From Planctomycetota bacterium (GTDB lineage Bacteria; Planctomycetota; UBA11346): a DNA stretch of 64,000 nt. Shown here in pieces: positions 56,788 through 64,000 of the stretch. The stretch is taken from NCBI GenBank assembly GCA_038231435.1, contig JBBRLJ010000018.1, positions 42,375-106,374 of the forward strand, read 5' to 3'. Under the pieces are notes generated by a model that worked only from the letters and a program-made list of their open reading frames with translations, was not told the DNA's origin and searched no databases. Every line of letters starts with the position of its first letter. The first letter of the stretch is position 1. Made by a program: the position numbers and the translations under genes.

Positions 56788-58197
56788 ATGTCGCTAGCCG
56801 AAGCCGAGCCGGATTTCCACGGCGTCTCGGAGGCCTTCCTCGGCAACCGCGAGCGCACCGCCTGGCACGACGCCACGCTCTGGTTCGTGCGCGCGAAGCG
56901 CGACAAGCAGGCGGCCGCGACCGCCGACTGGGAACGCCTGCGCGACCACGCCGCGGCGATCAAGGCGCACGTGCTCGACCACCTGCCCGACCTGGCGGCG
57001 CGCTTCGCGGCCCAGGCCCGCGCGCGCGGCTGGAAGATCCACTACGCCGCCGATGGCGCAGAACTCTGTGCGATCGTCACCGGCCTGCTCGAGAAGGCCG
57101 GTGCGAAGAAGGTGGTGAAGAGCAAGTCGATGCTCACCGAGGAATGCGGGCTCAACCACCACCTCATCGAGCATGGCGTCGAGGTCGTCGACACCGATCT
57201 CGGCGAGCGCATCGTGCAATTGCGCGGCGAGCCGCCGAGCCACATCGTGCTGCCCGCGATACACCTCAAGCGCGAGGAGGTCGGCGAGACCTTCCACGAG
57301 CACATGGGCACGCCGGCAGGCGAGAAGGATCCGACCACGCTCGCCGGATATGCGCGCGCTGATCTGCGCAAACGCTTCCTCGAGGCCGACGCCGGCATAA
57401 CCGGCGTGAACTTCGCCGTGGCCGAGACCGGCTCGATCGTCATCTGCACCAACGAAGGCAACGCCGATCTCGGCACCGCGCTGCCGAAATTGCACATCGC
57501 CTGCATGGGCGTCGAGAAGCTGGTGCCGGCGATCGCCGATCTGCCGGTATTCCTGCGCCTGCTCGCGCGCAGCGCCACCGGCCAGCCCATCACCAGCTAC
57601 ACCACGCACCTCACCGGGCCCGATCCGCTGCGCCCGGGACACGAGGCGCACATCGTCATCGTCGACAACGGCCGCAGCGGCATGGAGCGCGACGAGGACC
57701 ATCGCCGCGCGCTCTCGTGCATCCGCTGCGGCGCGTGCATGAACACCTGCCCGGTCTACCGCCGCACCGGCGGCTTCGCTTACGGCTGGACGGTGCCAGG
57801 CCCGATCGGCGCGGTGCTCGGCCCGGCGATGATCGGCACCAAGAAGGCGAAGGAGCTCCCGTTCGCGAGCACGTTGTGTGGCAGCTGCACCAACGTCTGC
57901 CCGGTCAAGATCGACTTGCATGAGCAGCTGCTGTCGTGGCGCGAACGCATCGCCGCCGACGGCCACCTCCCCTGGTCGAAACGCTTCGGCATGCGCGTGG
58001 GCGCGGCGGTGCTCTCCCGGCCGTGGCTGTATGCGCTCTCCGGCGGCGTCGCGAGGAGGCTGTGGTGGCTGGTCACCGCGCGCCTGCCGGGCAATCCTGC
58101 GAATGCCTGGACCGCGGCGCGCGATCTGCCGCCCGCCCCCGCGCACAGCTTCCGCACCTGGTGGAAGGATGCAGGCGAGGGCGATGGCCATGGATGA
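56788..58197 (+). CDS. lutB: L-lactate utilisation Fe-S protein B (LutB/LldF/YkgF)
   Basis: KSKSMLTEE, TDLGE, PSHIVLPAIH, TNEGN, RSATGQ, CIRCGACMNTCP, CGSCTNVCPVKID. Confidence 0.96.
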   Translation: MSLAEAEPDFHGVSEAFLGNRERTAWHDATLWFVRAKRDKQAAATADWERLRDHAAAIKAHVLDHLPDLAARFAAQARARGWKIHYAADGAELCAIVTGLLEKAGAKKVVKSKSMLTEECGLNHHLIEHGVEVVDTDLGERIVQLRGEPPSHIVLPAIHLKREEVGETFHEHMGTPAGEKDPTTLAGYARADLRKRFLEADAGITGVNFAVAETGSIVICTNEGNADLGTALPKLHIACMGVEKLVPAIADLPVFLRLLARSATGQPITSYTTHLTGPDPLRPGHEAHIVIVDNGRSGMERDEDHRRALSCIRCGACMNTCPVYRRTGGFAYGWTVPGPIGAVLGPAMIGTKKAKELPFASTLCGSCTNVCPVKIDLHEQLLSWRERIAADGHLPWSKRFGMRVGAAVLSRPWLYALSGGVARRLWWLVTARLPGNPANAWTAARDLPPAPAHSFRTWWKDAGEGDGHG

Positions 58198-58795
58198 GGC
58201 CGTTTTCATCGCGCGCTTCCGCGCCAAGCCGTCTGGCCCGCGCGCGCCGCATCCCGGCGCATACGCGGTCGATGGTTACGCCTGCGACATCGCCGCGTTC
58301 GCGCGCGCGCTCGAATCGGTCGGCGGCACCATGCACGTTCCGGTGACGCGGGCCGCGCTCGGCGAGGCGGTCTCGGCGTTCATCGAGATCGCCGGCCACC
58401 GCCGCGTGGTCGCGGCGGCATCCGCCGTTGCACTGCTGCCGCCGAACCCGCGCATCGAGCTCGCCGCTGATCCGGGCCAGGCCCATCAATGGCATGACGT
58501 CGATCTCGCGCTGATCGCGCCCGAGCTCGGCGTGTGCGAGAACGCCGCCATGCTCACCACCGCCGACAGCCTGCCCGAGCGCGGGCTCGCTTTTCTCGGC
58601 CAGCACGTGCTCGCTCTCCTGGACACGCGCACCCTGGTCGCGGATCTGCACGCCGCATACGGCGTAATCGCAGGACGGAAGATGCCGCACCACCTGACCT
58701 GGATCAGCGGACCGAGCAAGACCGCCGACATCGAGCAGACGCTGGTGATCGGCGCGCACGGCTGTCGCAGCCTGGTGGTGATGCCTTACGCCTGA
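58184..58795 (+). CDS. lutC: L-lactate utilisation protein C (LutC/LldG/YkgG)
   Basis: GVCENA, ISGPSKTADIEQTLVIGAHG; start ATG 58184 or 58190. Confidence 0.93.
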   Translation: MAMDEAVFIARFRAKPSGPRAPHPGAYAVDGYACDIAAFARALESVGGTMHVPVTRAALGEAVSAFIEIAGHRRVVAAASAVALLPPNPRIELAADPGQAHQWHDVDLALIAPELGVCENAAMLTTADSLPERGLAFLGQHVLALLDTRTLVADLHAAYGVIAGRKMPHHLTWISGPSKTADIEQTLVIGAHGCRSLVVMPYA

Positions 58796-58799
58796 TGGA

Positions 58800-60206
58800 T
58801 CAGGGCCCGGTGGTTCCGGTGGTGATGGAGATCTCGGCCACCTCCACCTCGCAGTCGGAATGGTACGAGTCCAGCAACCACCAGCGCAGATGCGACCCGG
58901 CTCCAAGGCTCTTGGCGGATTTTTTGCAGACGTCGGCCAGGGGCAGATCGAGCGTGATCCAATCCTGCCCGGCCGGTCGCGCCCTGAAATACACCTGCTC
59001 TGCGACGTCCGTGTTGTTCGCGTCGAAGAAGGACATGAAGAGCTCGACCGAGGCGTTGCCCTTGTGCTTCATGCGATAGGTCAGGTGGAGCCAGGCATCG
59101 TCGCGGAAGGGAACCGCCGCGTCATCGAGTACCTGCGAATGGATGTTCAGGCGTTCACCCTTGACGCCATTCTTCGGCGGTACAGCGACATGCACCGCGC
59201 GAACCGCAGGGCGGTCGAAGCCGATCATCCCCGGTTCGACGAGCGTACCCTTGTCCCAGCCGGGCGGCAGCCCGTGCGCAAAATCCTGGTGGAAGAGCGT
59301 CGCTACCTGGCCGGTCGCGCCGCCCGACGATCGGGCCACCAGATTGATCTCCGGCCCCGCGTCGGCGGCCATGCCTGCGGGCACGTCCACCGCCGCGCCA
59401 TCGGACAGGCGTTCGATGCGGACCTTGCCTTCGCGCACGCTCAGGCACGAGCCGTACGAACGCTGCTCGAGCGAGAACACCGTGCCGATGACCGTCAGCT
59501 TGGCGAGCTGCGTACGCACCTCGAGCGGACGCCCCGTCGGCTGGTGCGAGATGGTGGCGGTGAGCGCGCCACTTCCGAGCTCGATGCACGGCACCGCCAG
59601 CCCATCGCGCAGCGAGAGCAGCACCGCCCGCGTGCCGGACGCGAGCTCGACGCGGCTGCCGTCGGCGTACGCGACCTCGGCGGAGCCTCCGGTCGGCACG
59701 GACAACGCCTGTCCTGGCGCGATACGGTCTCCGCTGGAAGCGGGACGGTCACCCGCGGGATCGGAGAACACCACACCGCTGGAGGCGCGGGCGAGCACGC
59801 AGCCATCCGCGATGGATGCCCGCGTGGACATCGCGTAGAAGGCCCCCGTTCCCAGGGCCAGGATCAGCGCCGCGGCCGCCGCGATCCACACGCGGCGGAA
59901 GGTGATGACCGCACTGGTGGCGCGCCCCCCGCGCGCGCCACGACGCGACGATCGCGCCGCCGGCAGCTGGCGGCTGGGGCGCCGCGCGGTGTCGCGCGCC
60001 TCGGCAGCCATGGTCGCGACCTCGCGCAGCACCACCGCGTGCTCGCACCAGTGCGCGAAACGCGCCCGCGCCTGCGCATCCGTGCGCAGCAGGCCATCGA
60101 GTTCCGCAAGGCGCTCAGCGGTCAACGCGCCCGATTGATAGTCGAGGACCAACGCGTCGAGGCGCTCCTGGGATCCGTCATTGGATGCCGTGCCTGGAAT
60201 GGTCAC
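58800..60206 (-). CDS. FecR-domain anti-sigma factor with C-terminal putative carbohydrate-binding domain
   Basis: GTG overlaps sigma stop; N-terminal LVLDY.SG.L...LDGLL; TM AAAALIL; YADGSRVEL, VIGTVF, VREGKV. Confidence 0.85.
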   Translation of the reverse strand: MTIPGTASNDGSQERLDALVLDYQSGALTAERLAELDGLLRTDAQARARFAHWCEHAVVLREVATMAAEARDTARRPSRQLPAARSSRRGARGGRATSAVITFRRVWIAAAAALILALGTGAFYAMSTRASIADGCVLARASSGVVFSDPAGDRPASSGDRIAPGQALSVPTGGSAEVAYADGSRVELASGTRAVLLSLRDGLAVPCIELGSGALTATISHQPTGRPLEVRTQLAKLTVIGTVFSLEQRSYGSCLSVREGKVRIERLSDGAAVDVPAGMAADAGPEINLVARSSGGATGQVATLFHQDFAHGLPPGWDKGTLVEPGMIGFDRPAVRAVHVAVPPKNGVKGERLNIHSQVLDDAAVPFRDDAWLHLTYRMKHKGNASVELFMSFFDANNTDVAEQVYFRARPAGQDWITLDLPLADVCKKSAKSLGAGSHLRWWLLDSYHSDCEVEVAEISITTGTTGP

Positions 60207-60757
60207 GCGCGCGCCTTGCCGCCGCCGGGCAGCGGGCCGTGGGCGCGTTCGACGCATTCGGCGAGCGCCACGCGCGCGCGCTTGAGGATGGTGTAGACGC
60301 TGGCGATCGGGCGCTTGACGCGTTCGGCGATGGTGGCGCAATCGAGATCCTCGGCGTAGCGGGCCTCGACCACCGTGCGCGCGTCGCCGCCGAGCCGGCC
60401 TAGGCAGCGCGCCATGGCCTCGCGCAGGTCGCCGATGGCGCCGCTCTCGGCGTCCGCCGGAAACGCGGTCGCCACCTGCTCGAGCGCCTCGGCCGAGAGC
60501 AACGATTCGCGCTGGCGATGGCGGCGGCGTAGCTCGAGGGCCTTGCGGCGGATGACCTCTTTGAGCCAGTACTCGCGCGCGTCGCCTTCGGGGATCTCCT
60601 CCCACTTGCTCGCGACGATCATCGAGACCTCTTGGTAGACGTCTTCGGCGAGATGGAAATCGTTGACGATCGAGTACGCATACGCCTGCACCATCCGCTG
60701 GTGGCGCGCGAGGAACGCCACGGCCTGGATCCGCAACTCGGCATGAGGGTCGGCCAC
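60203..60757 (-). CDS. ECF sigma-70 factor
   Basis: GGAGG RBS + GTG; AEDVYQEV, WL..IRRK, CLGRL, RY.E, IA, VYTILKRARVALAEC. Confidence 0.92.
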   Translation of the reverse strand: MADPHAELRIQAVAFLARHQRMVQAYAYSIVNDFHLAEDVYQEVSMIVASKWEEIPEGDAREYWLKEVIRRKALELRRRHRQRESLLSAEALEQVATAFPADAESGAIGDLREAMARCLGRLGGDARTVVEARYAEDLDCATIAERVKRPIASVYTILKRARVALAECVERAHGPLPGGGKARA

Positions 60758-61099
60758 GCCGTGCCTCCGATTCGCCCGAGCCCACAAGCCAGTGCGGGTG
60801 ACAGGATGGTTTAGGACAAAGATCCCGGAGGCCGGGCGATCTGGACACGGGAATCATGCCAGGCGTTGCGAGCACGCCATACGCCCGAGGGATGGCACGG
60901 GCGCCAGCCCTGCGGACCTCCTGGTTGCAACCATCGGCGCAATTTCGTGCTACTGTCCCGGGTCTAACGTCCTATGGAGATCCGCCCTCGGGAGATAGAC
61001 TCGATGACCGGCGCCACCCATCCACGAGCAGGTGTATCGCCGCTTTTTCCAGCTTTCCCCATCCTCATTTTCTAGACCCCCTTCCCCAGGAACGCCCTC

Positions 61100-62308
61100 A
61101 TGAACAAAACCGATCTGATGAAGCGCCTCAGCCAGCAGAGCATCGAGACCCCATCATGGGGCTACCAGAACTCGGGCACGCGCTTCGGCATCTTCCCCCA
61201 GCCCTGGGCCGCCAAGACCCTCGACGAGAAGCTGCAGGACGCCGGCCAGGTGCACAAGTACACCGGCATCTGCCCGACGGTCGCGCTGCATATCCCGTGG
61301 GATACCTGCGCAGACTGGAACAAGGCCAAGGCCATGGCCGCCGGCCACGGCGTGAAGATCGGCGCCATCAACCCGAATGTTTTCCAGGACAAGGATTACC
61401 AGTTCGGTTCGATCTGCCACCGCGATGAGAAGATCCGCAAGAAGGCGATCAAGGCGCACACCGATTGCATCGAGATCGCCAAGGCCACCGGCTCGGACAC
61501 CCTCAGCCTGTGGTTCGCCGATGGCACCAACTACCCGGGCCAGGACGACTTCCGCGCGCGCAAGCGCCGCATGGAGGACTCGCTCGCCCAGGTCTACAAG
61601 GCCATGCCCAAGGGCATGCGCATGGTCATCGAGTACAAGTTCTTCGAACCGGCGTTCTATCACACCGACTTCGCCGACTGGGGCTGCTCCATCCTCGCCT
61701 GCCAGAAGCTGGGCGAGCAGGCGCAGGTGCTGGTCGACACCGGCCACCACCCGCAGGGTACCAACATCGAGCACATCGTCGCGATCCTGCTCGATGAAGG
61801 CCGCCTGGGCGGCTTCCACTTCAACAGCCGCAAGTACGCCGACGACGATCTCACCGTCGGCTCGCTGAATCCGTACGAACTGTTCCTGATCTACAACGAG
61901 CTGCTCGCCGCCGAGGAAGAGGGCGACGCCAAGGTCAAGGCGTGCGCGAAGAACGTCGCGTACATGTTCGACCAGTGCCACACCCACAAGCCCACCGTCG
62001 AGGCCATCCTGCAGTCAGCGGTGATGGTGCAGGAGCTCTACGCCAAGGCCCTGCTCGTCGACCGCTCAGCGCTCAAGAAGGCGCGCGCCGACGGCGACCT
62101 GGTCGGCGCCGAGGAAGCCCTGCGCGACGCCTACAGCACCGACGTCCGCCAGACCCTGCGCGAGTGGCGCGAGTCGAAGGGCATCGATCCCGAACCGTTG
62201 AAGGCATTCCGCAAGAGCGGCTACCTCGACAAGATGGCCGCCGAGCGCACCAAGCGCCGTGCCGCCGAGGGCGCGCCCACGGCGATGGCGTCGGGCTTCC
62301 CCACCTGA
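61100..62308 (+). CDS. rhaI: L-rhamnose isomerase (RhaI, xylose-isomerase-like type)
   Basis: IETPSWG, SGTRF, VALHIPWD, INPNVF, WFADGTNYPGQ, EYKFFEPAFYHTD, VDTGHH, FHFNSRKYADDDL. Confidence 0.95.
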   Translation: MNKTDLMKRLSQQSIETPSWGYQNSGTRFGIFPQPWAAKTLDEKLQDAGQVHKYTGICPTVALHIPWDTCADWNKAKAMAAGHGVKIGAINPNVFQDKDYQFGSICHRDEKIRKKAIKAHTDCIEIAKATGSDTLSLWFADGTNYPGQDDFRARKRRMEDSLAQVYKAMPKGMRMVIEYKFFEPAFYHTDFADWGCSILACQKLGEQAQVLVDTGHHPQGTNIEHIVAILLDEGRLGGFHFNSRKYADDDLTVGSLNPYELFLIYNELLAAEEEGDAKVKACAKNVAYMFDQCHTHKPTVEAILQSAVMVQELYAKALLVDRSALKKARADGDLVGAEEALRDAYSTDVRQTLREWRESKGIDPEPLKAFRKSGYLDKMAAERTKRRAAEGAPTAMASGFPT

Positions 62309-62330
62309 TCGGGGAAAAACCTGGCGATGC

Positions 62331-62363
62331 AGCGGAGGCCGGATCCGGCCTCCGCTTTTTTTT
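62331..62363 (+). terminator. Rho-independent terminator after rhaI
   Basis: AGCGGAGGCCGG-AT-CCGGCCTCCGCT followed by a T8 run. Confidence 0.92.
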
Positions 62364-62467
62364 GTTCGCCTATGTTCGGAAACTGACATCAGTGGCCCGA
62401 CGCGCCTGCGGGTTGACTGGCTTTCCCTGGTCACCCCCTTCTGATCCGCCTTCCACCGGGGCATCGC

Positions 62468-63286
62468 GTGAAGAGCTTCTCGTTCCTCCTGCTCGCCCTG
62501 CTCGGATTCTCGGCGAATTCGATCCTCTGCCGCATGGCGCTCGGACCGGGACTGATTGACGCCGCGACTTTCACCACCGTGCGCATCTGCGCCGGGGCGC
62601 TGACCTTGATCCTGCTGACACGCCAGCTGCGCCTTCCTGGAGACTGGTATTCGGCGGCGGCGCTCTTCGCTTATGCCATCCTGTTCTCCTACGGCTACGC
62701 CCGCGTCGGCGCGGCAATGGGGGTGCTGGCGTTGTTCGGCGCGGTGCAGGCCACCATGATCGGTTGGGGCCTGCACGTCGGCGAGCGCGTGCGAATGCTG
62801 GAATGGCTCGGACTCCTCCTGGCCTTTAGCGGCTTGGTCGTGCTAGCCCGGCCTGGCATGGCCGCGCCGGACCCATTCGGCATCGGGTTGATGATCCTGG
62901 CGGGGATTGCCTGGGGCGTGTATTCGCTGCGCGGGCGTGGCGTCGCGAAACCGCTACTAGCTACCGCCGGAAACTTCGTGCGCTGCGTGCCAATGGCCGC
63001 AATCGTCAGCACTGCGACCCTGGGCTCGGCGCACGCTACCACCTACGGGCTCACCTGCGCCGTCGTCTCGGGCGCAGTGGCCTCGGGCATCGGTTACTGT
63101 CTGTGGTATGCGGCCCTGGCCGGCATGACGGCGACGCGCGCCGCCTTCGCGCAGCTGTCCGTGCCGCTGATCACGACAGCTGCCGCCGTGCTGCTGCTTG
63201 ACGAGCCGGTCACCGGACGCCTGCTGATCGCCGCCGGCGCGATCCTAGCCGGCGTGGTAATCACCGCGATGCCGCGTCGGCGGTGA
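62468..63286 (+). CDS. DMT/EamA-family transporter
   Basis: About ten TM; FSANSILCRMAL, GALxLFGAVQATM-like block, AWGVYSLRG, ASGIGY..WY, QLSVP. Confidence 0.9.
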   Translation: MKSFSFLLLALLGFSANSILCRMALGPGLIDAATFTTVRICAGALTLILLTRQLRLPGDWYSAAALFAYAILFSYGYARVGAAMGVLALFGAVQATMIGWGLHVGERVRMLEWLGLLLAFSGLVVLARPGMAAPDPFGIGLMILAGIAWGVYSLRGRGVAKPLLATAGNFVRCVPMAAIVSTATLGSAHATTYGLTCAVVSGAVASGIGYCLWYAALAGMTATRAAFAQLSVPLITTAAAVLLLDEPVTGRLLIAAGAILAGVVITAMPRRR

Positions 63287-63461
63287 CGAGAGACGATCCT
63301 GCAAGGCGAGGTGGTGGAATCGACTCTCCCAAGAATGGAACGTCTAGCAACGTGCGTATTCATTGTGCACGATCATTTCCCTCGCTAGGTCTGGTCTCAG
63401 CCAGAAATAATGACCTGTCGTTTACTTAAATTTTTACTCGCGTCCCATCATGCTTCATATT

Positions 63462-63860
63462 TCATGGACGTATTTTATAAAAATGTTCTCCATCTACTTC
63501 GTAATCCTTGTCGTGCTGAGTGGAGACTGCCTTGACTCGGATACCATCCGTTTCGACGCTAATCACAGTGAAGACAATAGGAAAATATGGTTTGATGATA
63601 GCCGGTGAAATTGAATTTCCCAAAAATCCATTTTCATGAAGGCTTGTCCAATATGCCATTTCTCGCACTTCAAACTTCCCTCCCGCCTTTATCGAATCTT
63701 TGTCGATGCTGGTCCATAATGCCCAAGTTGGGATCTCATCTGACATTAGTTTTTTTTCGAAATGAATGCACCCCAAGGCATATTTTCTGCTTTCCCGTAC
63801 CGGGGAAGGGAAGTATTCGTTTCGAATAGTTTCGGTATCGCCAATTGATATTAAATAAAA
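63462..63860 (-). pseudogene. 3' part of an AT-rich hypothetical gene interrupted by ISL3
   Basis: The frame of the 104-aa ORF stays open upstream (FYLISIGDTETIRNEYFPSPVRESRKYA) to the IS end at 63861; sharply AT-rich compared with the window. Confidence 0.6.
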
Positions 63861-64000
63861 GGCTCTGCGTCACTTTGTGTGGGTACTTCTCAGATCCAGT
63901 TTTCCCGCGATGAGATACGCCATGAGGATGAACGTCTCGTGGTTCCGGTATCCACGCGCCTTTCGTTTGGCCGCTTGGACGAGGCTGGCCAGGGCTTCCA
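63861..64000 (-). mobile_element. ISL3-family insertion sequence, right end with transposase C-terminus (CDS 63870 to >64000)
   Basis: Manual translation EALASLVQAAKRKARGYRNHETFILMAYLIAGKLDLRSTHTK*; terminus GGCTCT at 63861 typical of ISL3; AT-rich flank AAATAAAA. Confidence 0.9.

Overview
GC-rich chromosomal window from a diderm bacterium (lpxB present). Gene content (FHA/Ser-Thr kinase, ECF-FecR pair, many pseudopilins, ceramidase-like and Gfo/Idh/MocA enzymes) suggests a Planctomycetota/PVC organism, which is an inference. Left to right: ABC1 kinase, ABC-2 permease and a tandem pair of unknown membrane-anchored paralogs; a compositionally distinct block (about 6.1-17.6 kb) with a lectin/TPR protein and a translationally coupled six-gene pseudopilin cassette (G-G-H-I-J-K type) carrying large inserted domains and no assembly machinery; a GDSL esterase followed by a 620-bp intergenic array of highly structured repeats whose two large copies differ by compensatory base changes; yicC, lpxB, FHA-kinase, rsgA and a clan GH-A hydrolase; an OMP + FecR + two giant C-terminally anchored LamG surface proteins; HNH nuclease and Asp-box propeller; a GntR-controlled uncharacterised catabolic operon; a complete microcompartment-free L-rhamnose pathway (GH78, larA-like, rhaEW, rhaB, DeoR, lutABC, rhaI) with an ECF/FecR pair inserted; and at the right edge an ISL3 element interrupting an AT-rich gene. 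No rRNA, tRNA or CRISPR array was seen. The best novelty candidates are the pseudopilin cassette, the covarying structured repeat, the OMP-FecR-CTERM locus and the LarA homolog inside the rhamnose operon.
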